From positions 2,767,552-2,824,067 of the forward strand of contig BFEA01000020.1 of assembly GCA_003427395.1 (NCBI GenBank): DNA of 56,516 nt, given 5' to 3'. The stretch is from Chara braunii. Lineage: Eukaryota > Plantae > Charophyceae. The position numbers were made by a program, and so were the translations under genes. The notes below the pieces were generated by a model. The model saw nothing but the letters and a program-made list of their open reading frames with translations, ran no database searches and had not been told where the DNA came from. This document shows, one piece after another, positions 41,022-53,648 of this stretch. Position 1 is the first letter of the stretch. Each line of letters begins with the position of its first letter.

Positions 41022-41474
41022 GCACGGGTGCGCAGCCCGTAGTTTGTTTCGTTNNNNNNNNNNNNNNNNNNNNNNNNNNNNNNNNNNNNNNNNNNNNNNN
41101 NNNNNNNNNNNNNCAGAACTGCTTCCAGATTCAGACAAAATCATCCAGGCCGATTGGGCCGAAGTGGGTGGGCTGGGCATGAGGCTGTAGGCCTGGGTCC
41201 ACGCCGTTCCATATTTGAATTTCAAGGACCTGCGGCCCCCAAGCCGTTTCAAAATATTTTAGACCACGGCCACCTACCGGTTCCCAGGAAAATGCCACGG
41301 GCAAATACCGGTCCTGCATTTGCTTGAACTACGGCCCCCCTCCCTAAATGCCAGTGCCTTTCATTTTATCAGCCTTTGAACGACCAATGGGCCCGAATGA
41401 ACGACCGGTATAACGAACGACGACGAAAATGTCTCCGGGGGGGGAAACGCAACCCTGACGGGCTGCGAACTCGT
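41022..41474. mobile_element. Small insert with imperfect terminal inverted repeats inside the left Gypsy repeat
   Basis: ACGGGTGCGCAGCCCGT at ~41023 versus ACGGGCTGCGAACTCGT at ~41458. Absent from the right-hand repeat. Confidence 0.5.
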
Positions 41475-44400
41475 CCCAACCTCTGCTTCCCTTGGCTTGA
41501 CTTGGACCCGATACCACATGCCCACAGCCTGCTTGCTTCAGAATGTCAAGGCCTGGTACTTTTCCCGAATTTTCATTGGTGTGCTGCTGCTTGAGTCTGT
41601 GAGTCACAACTTGTCATCTGTGGAACATGACTTTTGACTGTGGGTTGTGACTCTTGCCTCTGGGACATGACTTTTGCCTGGAGAAGTGTCCTTTGCCTGT
41701 GGGACATGACTTTTCAGTACGACTTTTTAATATGAAACGTGACTATTGCTTATAGGACGCAACCTTTGACTCTGGGCTGTGACTGTTCACCGGGTGCCTG
41801 TTGGACTTGACTTCTAAGGTACCCAACTGTGACCTTTCAGAACTGGCCGACTTGGCCTCCCTTGGCTTGAGACCTAGACCTTGAAATTCGAATTTGGGGT
41901 CTGCAGAGTGGAATGCCTTTCACTCTCGCCGGCCTAATTTCTAGGTCCTCCGAAAAAGTTACAATCTTTACCTATCATCTATGTTGATTCCTCGCCTGGC
42001 TCTTTCATAGTAAGACACTATGTGTGGTGCTGTTTCAATTAGCTCACCCCTTATAAAGCAGCGATCTTCCGAAGGCTTTGGACAAGTGAATCTGACTTTA
42101 TGCTGCCGCTTGGGCCTACCCCTGCGTCCGGATCTATAGACATCCTGAGCAACAATGCGGTCGACGTCATACTTGCCATGCATATCGGGAGGAACCATAG
42201 ATCTGCGAGATGGAAATAGCTCATTGCTGACAAAAGGGAGCAAGGTATGAAACACCAGGTAAGTCTGCAAATGCGAAGGAATCTCAACAACACAGGACCA
42301 TCCGCGTCACCAATCACGTCGAGTACCTGCCACGGTCCCCTATACGCAGGCAATAAGTTCTCCTCTGGGTTGTGGTGTTTATTTGCTTGTTCTGTCATCT
42401 GATGCTGTGCCTTTCTGATGTTCTCTCTCACCTTCTCTAAGTCTTTCTGATATTGCACAGCAAACTCTCTAGTCCCCATCAGGGTTAAGACAATCGATGG
42501 GCCTACGTGGGTGCCAACCTAAATGTAGTTCCATAGGCGTTCGTGCTGTAGCCAAATGCACAAAATTGTTATAGCCACTACCGACCTTTGCTAGATGTTC
42601 ATCCCGATCAATCTGATCTGGTCGGATGCACATACACAGCACCTGCTGCAACACTTTGTTCATCTGCTCGGTCTGTCCATTTGTCTCAGGATGTGTGCCT
42701 GAGGACCTAGTCAGTTTGGACCCATAAACATTCACGAGTTGTTGCCAGTGCTCACCCGTGAATCTCGCATCCCTATCACTTACAATAGTCAAGGGATGCC
42801 CGTAGTCTTTCACCCAATGATTAAAGAACTCTCAAATTACTAAATCTGTCCTGGCTTCAACAGGAAGCGGCACAAAAACAACAAACTTGCTAAATCTGTC
42901 CACTATCACCATAACTTGGCTCTTCCCATTCCTACTTCTCGCCTTAGTGTCCATAAAGTCTATAGACTGAGTCTCCGGGACCCGACGGTATAGGCAGCAA
43001 TCTAAGTAAACCAAGGGGAGGCTGCATGGAACTCTTGTTCGGCTGACAAACTTTGCAGCCTTGTACACAGGCTATACAGTCATGTTTCATACAAGTCCAT
43101 GTGTAGGAACGCAGGAGGTTAGCATACGTCTTCCTCCAACCAAAATGTACCTCGGTATCGTGGCATTCACCTAGGATTAGACTGCGAATCTGTTCACTGT
43201 TTGGGATGCACAATCTGTCGTGCACATCTGTCTTCTCAAGCAGCAGTTCCTGAGTCACTCTATAATCCGGAATCCGGAACTTCATGTGGTGTTGTCTGCA
43301 CCTTGCCAATCAACTGACTATAGATTGGCTCACTAGTGTAGGCAGACCTAATCTTCTCTTGTAATTCACCGCCCGCATCCAAGTGTGTTACAATAGCACT
43401 GAAGAAATTTGCTCACTACTTAGCGCATCAGCAACAATGTTATATTTCCCTTTCACTGGCTTCAGTTCGAAGTAAAACTGGTCAATCTCCCCAGCCCACC
43501 TTGTCAACTTAGGTGTCATTCTAGCTTGGGTCTTCAGCCAGCGAAGTGACTTATGGTCTGAATACACTTTGAAATGTCAACCTAGGAGGTAGTGTCGCCA
43601 ATGATTCAAGGCTTCTCTGAGAGCAAACAACTCTCCCTCATACGTAGAAGCGGCGACCTTCTCACTAGGTAGTCTACAGGACATGAACTCAACAGGATTG
43701 TACCCATTTCCATCATTCTGTTGGAGTACAACACCTATCCCGTATTAATTGGTGGTTTAGAAATGTCGACCTAGGAGGTAGTGTCGCCAATCATTCAAGG
43801 TTTCTCTAAGAGCAAACAGCTCTCTCTCATACGTAGAAGCGGCGACCTTCTCACTAGGTAGTCTACAGGACATGAACTCAACAGGACTGTACCCATATCT
43901 ATCATTTTGTTGGAGTACAGTACCTATCCCGTATTGACAGGCGGCAGTGGTAACGATAAATGGCAAGGATGGATCAACGATCTTCAGAACCGGGTACTCT
44001 ATCAAGCACTTCTTTAAAATCTTAAAGGCTGAAGTACAATCTTTATCCCATCTTCGGACTGTCTCTTTCCTCAACAGCCTATGCAACAAAACAACTACTA
44101 CAGTAAAGAGTCCTACGAACTTGCGATGATAGTTGGCCAGACCAAGGAATGATTGTAGTTCCGTCAAAGTACGTGGTGTCAGCCAATCCTTGATTGATTT
44201 TATTTTGGCGTCTTCCAACTTAATTCCATCTCCATCCAACACATCTCCCAAGCACAAAACCTGACGCTTGGCCGATTCACACTTCTTTGGGTTCAACTTA
44301 AAATGTGCGTCGCGCAACTTACTTAGCACTAAACGTAAGTGTTGTTGGTGTTCCTCTAACGACGTGCTAAAGATCAGAATGTGTTTATTCCCATCTGCAC

Positions 44401-46714
44401 CCAAGGTTTGTGTTGAGCTATTACCGGGTGCTCTGGTACGGCTGCCAAGTCCTACCTCTACCTCTACCCCTTGGGAAAGGAGAACCTCTACCACCTTACA
44501 ACAGACCATAACCCCTACCTCCCGCGTAGTAGCTACCTTCGCCACCACCCCTCTAGGTAGTGTGTCCTTGTCCTCCACCTCGTCCTCCACCTCCTCTACC
44601 TCAACCTCTACCTTGTCGCCCTCCCCCACAGATTGCAACTATCGCATAGTCCCCTCCCCGGGCTACTTGGTTGTTGTTATCTTCTAGACCATAATCTATT
44701 TGGTCGTATGGTAACGACTCTACACCTTCCTCGAAGGTGACCAGCAGATTATCCATCCCCTCTATACTACCGGATATCGTCCTATTCTTCCACCTCTTAC
44801 CGGCTTGCAGATCCTTCTAGTAGTGGCAATAGTTCGCCTCTTGCAGGAAGCCGACATGGTCTACAACAATCTTACTAAACTTTTCATAAGTCATCCCCTC
44901 CTCTTTTGTACGAGATATAACTTGGTTTTAAGGGGTCTTAAGGGGTTCAGGAAGCGCTCTAGCAAAATTGTTCAGGATCTGAGTGGGGGTCAGTCCGTGT
45001 TCCGGACATTGTAGCAACTCATCCATAATGGCGCTAAGTGGCAATAGTTTGCCTCTTGCAGGAAGCCGGCATGGTCTACAACAATCTTAGTAAACTTTTC
45101 GTAAGTCATCCCCTCCTCTTTTATACGGGGATATAACTTGGTCTTAAGGGGTTCAGGAAGCGCTCTAGCAAAATTGTTCAGGATCTGAGTAGGAGTCAGT
45201 CCGTGTTCCTGACATTGTAGCAACGCATCCATAATGGCGCTAAGTGTCGACGCACTCACTTGCGGGCACTAATGTCGAGTATGAGGGACTCAGTACCACG
45301 GGCTAAGTTCTTATCTTCGAATCGGTCTTTCAAGGCCCTGAGAAAATCCTCTATTCTAGTGCGCTGCGAGTACTACACCATCGAGGTACTGCCTCCTTCA
45401 CCAACGAAATTGCGCAGCTTGCTGCATCTCGCCCTAGACACGAACTCACAATAAGTATGCGGTCCCAATATGGTGTCAATTGTGCGTGTACGCGTCCTTC
45501 GCCGCCTCCCAATGAAAAATGATATCCTCCTTCCCAGTGTATGTCCAAGGAAGTTTTACCTTCATTTTCTCCCTTTGTTCTCCTCCCTCAGACTTATCTC
45601 CTTCCTTTCGTCCATCATCCTTACTAGACCCTTTCCTTTCTTATCGCCATCCCCATCATCGCCACCAACGAAATTGCGAAGCTTGCTGCATCTCGCCCTA
45701 GACACGAACTCACAATCAGTATGCGGTCCCAATATGGTGTCAATTGTGCGTACATGTACGCGTCCATCGCCGCCTCCCAATGAAAAATGATATCCTCCTT
45801 CCCAGTGTATGTCNAAGGAAGTTTTACCTTCATTTTCTCCCTTTGTTCTCCTCCCTCAGACTTATCTCCTTCCTTTCGTCCATCATCCTTACTAGACCCT
45901 TTCCTTTCTTATCGCCATCCCCATCGTCGCCACCATCTCCACCGCCACCTATCTTAACTGCAACAATGGTGTTAGTCAATTATTGAGTGAAGATATCGTC
46001 TAATTGGCGTGCATATTGTAGGACCCTATGGTCCACTTGGCTAGATGACGCAATAAGATAAGTACTCCAGATGCCCTTAAACTCCTAGTGTTGTTCTACC
46101 TTTCCAACGGCTCGTTGAAGCGCAGAGAGTTCTTGGGTGGTATGTAGCGAAGTGTCTGTTAGAAGGTTCCAACGTTCCTCAGTTTCTACTTGCTTCCCTT
46201 TCTGCTCCTTAAGCAAAGCCTACAGTCTCTCCCCTTCCTCCTTCAATCTTTTCTTCTCCTCAAATTCTTTTCTTCTTGCGGCCAGCAACTTTTGATTGAG
46301 TTCACCCTTCTCCTCAATCAACAACTTCCTTTCCTCTTGATCCTTTGTTCCTGCCAACTTCGCTACAAAACGATCACTCTCTTCATCAAGCTCTATCTGG
46401 TGCCCAAATTTCTCCACCCAGTCCAAGTCCTCAACCTGCTGGAGTCTCAACTACTCGATACCTTGAGCACACACACACACATTGAGAGATACATGAAATC
46501 CACTCTGGAGTCCAGATATGCGCAACTTAGGGAATCCAACAAATCATCACATTAAACAGTTTCAGAGACCTAGTCACCAAGCGCTCAACAACACAGAATT
46601 CAGCAATCCAATACCAGCATCCTCATCTAAGGTAGGTGACTCTCTTCTCTCCCTGGCTCACTCTCCCTCTCTGTCTTCTCTCTCAATTTGTCCCTCCTGG
46701 TCTTCTTCATGCAT

Positions 46715-46759
<45 letters not shown>

Positions 46760-47399
46760 AGAATCTAGACTCTGAATACATCCGCTGCCACTCAGCTATA
46801 TCCCTACTACTAACTTACGCGGCTATGTTGCCTTCCCTCTCAGTGGAGCGCTGCCCAGCAGGGCTCTCGAGTGCATGCTATATTCGCGGATAGCGCGCAA
46901 GCGCTTCAGCAGCACTTCCACACTTCTCACGAATGAGCAATCTCCCCGAAATGTGGTTGGCCAGTACTTATATTGACTTGGACTGAGCCTCAACTCGTTC
47001 CAACCTCTGCTTCCTTTGGCTTGACTTGGACCCAGTACCACATGCCCACAGCCTGATTGCTTCAGAATGCCACTGCTCGAGTCTGTGAGTCACGACTTGT
47101 CATCTGTGAAACATGACTCTTGACTGTGGGTTGTGACTCTTGCCTCGGCAACACGACTTTTGCCAGGAGAAATGTCCTTTGCCTGTGGGACACGACTTTT
47201 TAATACAAGACATGACTTTTGCCTATAGGACACCACCTTTGCCTCTGGGCTGTGACTGTTCACCGGGTGCCAGTTGGTCTTGACTCTTACGGTACCCGAC
47301 TGTGACCTTTCTGAACTGGTCGAATTGGCCTCCCTTGGCTTGAGACCTAGACCCTGAAATTCGAATTTGGGGTCTGCATCGTGGAATACCTTTCAATGC

Positions 47400-47820
47400 T
47401 AGTCAAAACCCTACCACGTTCATGCATGCAGGCCTTATGACGATTCCTCCAGAAGGTGTTAGGACGTGTTGAGTCTGTCAGAATATATCAGAATCTTCCA
47501 CTTGGAAATACAAGCTCTTTCAATTTTCAATTTTTTTCCTTCTTATTATTTCTGCATATATCAGTCAAAACCCTTCCATGTCTGAATGTCGCCATAAACA
47601 ACAAATAAACAACAAAGACTTGAAAAAACTCCAAAAAGGAACAAACAAACAAAAACCCAGGGTATGACGAAACCTCCAGAGGGTGTTGGGACATTTCAAG
47701 GCTGTCAGAATATATCAAAATCTCCCACTTGGAATTTCACGCTTTTTCAATTTTTCCCTGTTTATTATTTCTGCATATATCAGTCAAAACCCTACCACGT
47801 TCATCCACGCAGGCCTTATA
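47400..47820. repeat. ~220-bp AT-rich tandem repeat, continued on the other side of the Gypsy element at ~39630-39822
   Basis: Recurrent CTGTCAGAATATATCA.AATCT.CCACTTGGAA...TTCTGCATATAT(CAGTCAAAACCCT). Confidence 0.8.
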
Positions 47821-48587
47821 TCCCATGTATTGCCCTCACTCCCGAGGTTGCATGACACATCCCTCAAACTCTCTAACAATCTCTCAGCATCCCTGACACA
47901 CCCTGACATCCTCTCGACCTCTCTCCGATCACTGACAACCTCTGACATTCTCTCGTGCTCTCTCCAACTCCTGATATATTTTCCCGACCAGCCGCACTGT
48001 CCACTTGTCCGCCAAACACCCCACCAGGTGGCGACAAAAGAAAATGTTTGAGGACAATCTCAGCCATGGGATCGACGATCCGAAGTCGAGCAAAAGGCCA
48101 CGCCGGGCTGTGTCAGAGCCCGCTGCTGGTAAAAATTAACGAGGTGTAATCGATTTAATGACCTTGAAGGCTTGAATGTGTAGTGGGGTATGCACTTTGG
48201 TCCCCTATCCAGGTCCTTTTGGAAAATATTACATAATTCAACTTCACAGTGTTTGCCAACCGTGGCACACAGGTTGTCCAGCTGTCCGAATCTTGACACT
48301 GATTGCCCAGGGCCTGCCATACATCACACCCCACTACCAAGGTTTCCTTTGATTTGTAAATAACAAAAAAAGTTATGGCCAAATCATAGCATGAGGTAGA
48401 ACAAAGAATCCCAAAGCCATAGAAAAAAATGCGCTCCAACAATTTCTGCAAACACTGCGCAGTAGACCAGACAAAAATGAAGTAGAAACCTGGGGAGGAG
48501 GATTTTCTTTTAAGGTATACAATCTAGAACAACACAAAAACTAGAGCATGTTGATGACTCTCTCTACTGCTGGGGCAGATGTCTTAC

Positions 48588-48684
48588 TTGGGCAAGCTGC
48601 TTCAATCGCATTGATCAGCTCCAATGCCAGGTGTCGCATAGGCTCATTGTGAGAGCACATGTGAAGGAGGCATAGATATGACAT
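48588..48684 (-). CDS. Furry-like exon (MSYLCLLHMCSHNEPMRHLALELINAIEAACP)
   Basis: ccacag| acceptor and |gtaaga donor; 97 bp, phase 0 to phase 1. Resembles Furry LILYKVVD...RDDALQML as recalled. Confidence 0.78.
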
Positions 48685-49005
48685 CTGTGGGCCAGCCGTC
48701 AGAATTGAAACATGACAACCAACAATGGATAAGCATTTTTATGTTGCCAAAAGAAAACACCATATTGAGTGACAGATAAGCATTAAGAACGGGTCATTCA
48801 CAACAAACAGCAGAAAGCAATGCCGAAAACCCCACAAAGTGTTCTGAAATGTTTTGCTCAAGTTGTTGACGAAGAGGTAGCTTGGAATCCCAGCAACCAA
48901 AAGCAATCCTCTTCCTCTTTTTTTCTTCTCAATGGTCCTGGCTCCATTCTATTCTGTGCGCAGCACTACGGTTCCTTTTCCACCCGCAAGTCAGAAAATG
49001 CATAC

Positions 49006-49128
49006 AGATAACACAGACACAATCCCTTTTGTTACGGCCAAGGGACCTCCGGCAGCATTGGTCGCTTCAACTAAAATCCTGTCCTGCTTCCCTGAAGATA
49101 TTACACCCCTTCCTTCTTCCTTCAATAT
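49006..49128 (-). CDS. Furry-like exon (ILKEEGRGVISS...GIVSVLS)
   Basis: gttag| acceptor and |gtatgc donor; 123 bp, phase 0/0, open and in frame with its neighbours. Little motif evidence. Confidence 0.6.
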
Positions 49129-49596
49129 CTAACATTACCAACCATTAGAGGCCAAATACGTGCACCCTTGTGTCTGGGACATGTACGGAAGCATCACACA
49201 ATCTTCAGGGGGCATTAATTGCTCTAACAAGGGGATAATCAACATCAGTTCTGGTCGAGAATCAAGATCTTAGATTGTTCTGAAAACTCCAAACCCCAGA
49301 GCAAACAATTGTGTAGCCTTCCTGAACTGTCATGCACTCGAGCTTCTTAAGAAAGGCATGGCAATTTACAGTCCTGTTTGGAGTGCTTGACTTGCATGGA
49401 CTCCTTATGCCAGGCATTTGTTGATTGAAGTATTCAAAAGCATTCACGCACATTGGGCTTATAACCCTAGGACAACATTCAAGTCGGACCTAGACAAGAG
49501 TCTTCTGGATGAAATATGCATAGCCATTGCCTTGCCAAAGAGTCCACAGCTCAGTACCCGAGGCAGTGTTCATGTCACATCTCAGCATGGCCCCAC

Positions 49597-49845
49597 CTTT
49601 GCCGGAGAAACAATGTGAGCATTCAACCAGTCATCCACTCTCCGGCTCACTGTCTGCACAAGAGCTCTGAAGTATGTCAATGCCAGCTCTTTCGCCTCAA
49701 GTTTATCAACACTCTTCCGTATCCATGTCAGCTTGAAGCTTGCTGCTATAAAATTCTTGAGCCGATGAGCATTGTGCTCAAGAAGCTGCGCCAAAGCCTC
49801 ACGAACATTTTCTCGAACGACAGGACCACCTTTGGAATGATGATT
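49597..49845 (-). CDS. Furry-like exon (NHHSKGGP...VREALAQLLEHN...ELALTYFRALVQTV...SPAK)
   Basis: tgtcag| acceptor and |gtgggg donor; 249 bp, phase 0/0. AL..LL..N...A..YF..L pattern of Furry. Confidence 0.78.
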
Positions 49846-50616
49846 CTGACAAGTCACAAAAAGAGGAAAGTACGAATTAATGAGCAAAAATCCAGGACTG
49901 CTATATACGTGCTAGTAAAAACAGCTTTTCAGCCTTCCAACCCCTTAAGATGCTCCTTCAGAGTTGAAATCAAGATTGGCACATTCACAACAAGCATCCT
50001 CATTAAAACTTTGCACCGAACAACAAGCATGCTCATTAAAACTTTGCACCGAAGTATACACCAAAGGCCCCAGAAACAATCCCCCCACCCCCACCCCCTG
50101 CCTCCCCCCCTCCCCTCTCTCTCTCTCTCTAAGCCACCCCCAACCGTGCCCCCAATATGCTTGCTGCTATAAAATTCTTGAGCCGATGAACATTGTGCTC
50201 AAGAAGCTGCGCCGAAGCCTCGCGAACATTTTCTCGAACGACAGGACCACCTTTGGAATGATGATTCCGAGAAGTCACAAAAAGAGGAAAGCACGACTTA
50301 ATGAGCAAAAATCCAGGACTGCTATATACGTGCTACTGAAAACAGCTTTTCAGCCTTCCAACCCCTTAGGATGCTCCTTCAGAGTTGAAATCAAGATCGG
50401 CACATTCACAACAAGCATGCTCATTAAAACTTTGCACCGAACAACAACCATGCTCATTAAAACTTTGCACCGAACAACAAGCATGCTCATTAAAACTTCA
50501 CACCGAAGTATACACCAAAGGCCCCAGAAACAATCCCCCCACCCCCACCCCCTGCCTCCCCCTCCCCCCCCCCTTCTCTCTCTCTCTCTGTGCCACCCCC
50601 AACCGTGCCCCCAATA
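49738..50616. repeat. ~420-bp tandem duplication containing the 5' half of an exon; internal ~30-bp repeats
   Basis: 49738-50158 is repeated at 50159-~50616. CAAGCATGCTCATTAAAACTTTGCACCGAA units occur 2 versus 3 times. Confidence 0.92.
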
Positions 50617-51228
50617 TCTTTCTACTAACCCCATCAAAAGCCTCTCTGCTGACTTTCATTCTCACACCGAAAAGAAAAGGGGGAGAAAGCATGGGAAGGT
50701 GGGGGTGAGGGTGGGGGCCACAGAATAGTCTTCCCAGGGTTTGTGGGTGGTATATGCATAATATTGTCAGAAAACAGAGGAGACACACTTTTCAGGTTCA
50801 CAGACTGTACAAATGTCAAATGTTTCCACACGTTCATCTACCTTAAGCCGCTTTGGTTTGAACACATATTCAACAGATCTCAACAAGACTCATATAGGTA
50901 CTCGGTAATAAAATGTTATCCATGATGTCATCAGGAGGACAACATCAACAACAGTGAGAGAAGGTATCACAATGATAATGGTGATCAAGATATCGTCATC
51001 ATCATCATTGTCATCATCGTCGTCGTTGCTGTCATCATCATCATCATCATCAAGATCATCATGTGCACCTTCGCATGCACATTCTTTGTTTTGTAGAGAA
51101 AAAAAGGGACCTGATGTACACACATTCCCATAGCTAGTAAAGCCCACAAACCTGAAGAAATCTTCGCGCACAAATTCTTTGTTTTGTGGAGAAAAGGGAC
51201 CTGACCACCACTAGTAGAGCCCACAAAC

Positions 51229-51654
51229 CTGAAGAAAGCGAAGGATATCAGTCTCAAAAGGCGAATCATTCACAGGACCCATTCCAATAAGCGCCTTGAC
51301 TGCTCGAGCTACTGCTATTTCCAGTTCAAGAATTGCACTCTCTTCATCTCCTTGGCCGTCACTAAGAGCGTCGTCTGAAGCTGGATATCCAACGCTCCCT
51401 GCATCTGTGTCCCCAGTTGCATCAGGATTTTCAGATACAACACCAGAGGAGTCCACGCTGCTGCTCACTCGTGCATATCCACCAAGTCGCTGTGATTTGG
51501 CTGCAGCGCTTCTCGCACCCCTAACCCACTTGACAGTCAAGTTTCTGAAGACTTTCTGACGGTAGCTGAGCGAAGGCACAAGAGATTTTTGCTGCAATGT
51601 GTTCAAAGGACTGGAATCCTCAGTGGAAGATCCAACCACATTAGCAGAAGCTGC
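51229..51654 (-). CDS. Furry-like exon (AASANVV...YRQKVFRNLTVKW...ELEIAVARAVKALIGMGP...ILRFLQ)
   Basis: gtgcag| acceptor and |gtttgt donor; 426 bp, phase 0/0. Resembles Furry R..LF.L...W and A...AMA.LL.GP motifs as recalled. Confidence 0.78.
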
Positions 51655-51920
51655 CTGCACCAACCCAAAACAAGAAAGGAAAACAGCAAATAATGTCAAC
51701 AAAATCGATGTCCTGTGCACCACCTGATGGAACTACATACCTTCCCATGAAGGAATATGAAACCACTACCAAAAATCTGACCTTCATAAGAAACTAAAGC
51801 ATTACACATAAGATGGAAAAATTACACACAAATGATAAGATGGAAAAATGTTAAAATAATCTACAGGTCTCTCAACAGGCTTAGGAAGCTACACAGCCTC
51901 TCTCACAACTTATGGGGCCT

Positions 51921-52000
51921 GAAGAAGAAGAAGAAGAAGAAGAAGAAGAGGAGGAGAAGAAAAAGAAGATGAAGAAGAGGAAGATGAAGACGACGAGGAA
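51921..52000. repeat. (GAA)n-type microsatellite
   Basis: Directly visible. Confidence 0.9.
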
Positions 52001-52232
52001 GCTACAAAAGACAGACTATGTGGAACAATTGATATTGAAAAGGCATAAACAGAAGGAATTAAGGCTTTTGAACCCGGATTGTTGGCTAAAGCCAACAGAG
52101 GTATTCTTTATGTTGTTGAAGTAAACCTACTAGATGATCACTTAGTTAATGTTTTATTGGATGTAGCTGCTTCTGGTTGGAACACTGTAGAGAGAGAAGG
52201 AATATCAATATCTCATCCTTCGCGTTTTATTC
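52001..52232 (+). pseudogene. chlI: Mg-chelatase subunit I fragment, probably plastid-derived (NUPT)
   Basis: AT(K)[73 protein letters not shown]. In-frame TAA at 52046; AT-rich codons. Confidence 0.92.
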
Positions 52233-52244
52233 GAAGAAGAAGAA

Positions 52245-52276
<32 letters not shown>

Positions 52277-52367
52277 AGAAGAAGAGGAAGAAGAAGAGGA
52301 GGAGGAAGAAGAAGAAGAAGAAGAACAAGAAGAAGAAGAACAAGAAGAACAAGAAGAAGAAGAAGAA
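52233..52367. repeat. (GAA)n-type microsatellite
   Basis: Directly visible. Confidence 0.95.
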
Positions 52368-52569
52368 GTCTATTTTATACGAATAAATAAGATAAAAATC
52401 AAAACAAAGATAATAATAATATTTATTCCTGTCTTGATACCAATATAATATCAAAATAAATTGAAAATAACAAAAAGAGACAATATCAATATATAACAAA
52501 TCAAAAGCAAAAAAAAATCATACAATAAATACAACAGATAGATACATTTATCGATCTATCTACCTATTG

Positions 52570-53570
52570 TGCGAGGCTAAAGCCCCGATGTGCCCCTTTC
52601 AGGCCCTGCCAAGCAGCACGTCGGTCGCCCTAAGTGAAGGCAGGCTCGACGAGGGCCTGAGAGCCCTGAATTTTGGCCACCACGCAACTAAGGAAATTCA
52701 GGCAGTTGCGCAGCGCCAGTTGGTTGAGAGAACCCAGGCCCCTGGTCGCCTGTGTGCATGAATCAAAGGCAGGCCCTGGGCTGGATACGAGAGGTGGGCC
52801 AGACACAGGCCGATGCCAGTTGGGCGCAAGCAACCACCACAGGCCCAGGGCCTGAGTTGTTTGGACTGGGCCTCAGCCTACCGGGGCCTACCGGAAGCTT
52901 CTTGGGAAAGGCCCAGCGCAGCCTGGGACAGAACGCAGGCAGGCCACTTCCATATAGCAAAGGGCCTGCCTCCGCATTCGGCATTCGGGTGCTGGCTGAA
53001 TGCTGCGCTGAAGCTGGCCAGCGCTCACGCGCTTGCGGGCGAGCTGGAAGGAGCAGGCAGCCATAGCCGAGCTGCGCTGCTGTGAGCTGGGTGTGGCGCA
53101 GGGTGGTCTTGGGTGCATGTGGCATCTGNGGCAGCCATAGCCGAGCTGCGCTGCTGTGAGCTGGGTGTGGCGCAGGGTGGTCTTGGGTGCATGTGGCATC
53201 TGTGTGTTGGGGAACGAGGTTGTGAGTGATAAGAGAGACATACCTGGTGCTGGAAGCGTGCGGCATTGGCCGCTATCTGCTCGTACTTCGGGAGAGCTGT
53301 TGTCGTCATCTTCGACATTGTAGTCTAGGCTAGATAGGATCTGCCATCTGTAGTCTGGGCGCCAAGCGCCAGATAGGATATCAACATTGGTTCTTCGTTG
53401 ATGATGATGATGAGACTATTCCAGCATTGTCAATTATGAGCTTTTGCTGTGCTCTTATTTGGTGAAACTCGTGATGCAATTCTGCTGTTGGTTCGAGGTC
53501 ACGACTATCTGGTCTTATGTGTATGATGCTGTTTGATTGCTGAAGTTCGCTATTGCTCATCTTCCTTGCA
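52570..53570 (+). mobile_element. Solo LTR
   Basis: TGCGAGG...CCTTGCA termini and 4-bp TSD ATTG (52566-52569, 53571-53574). Confidence 0.9.
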
Positions 53571-53648
53571 ATTGTATTTTCAAGAAATCAATAAATTGTT
53601 ATTATTATAATTTGTTTTAGCTTATATATAAGGCTTCTTTGTTTTTAA

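Larger units (their letters stand above)
39828..47395 (-). mobile_element. Decayed Ty3/Gypsy element with terminal direct repeats, internal deletion and duplications
   Basis: Minus strand: TGAAAGG-starting repeats at 47395 and 41922, gag (46450-44640), RT C-half plus RNase H (ILIFS...KCES...LQSFLGLANY...YERELFAL), integrase (SIDFMD, IVSDRDARF, HPETNGQTE), chromodomain-like region at 42270-41968. Confidence 0.88.

Noticed and set aside
53057-53202. Perfect ~73-bp tandem duplication in the solo LTR
   Set aside because: An N sits exactly at the junction (53129), so it is probably a gap-closing artefact.
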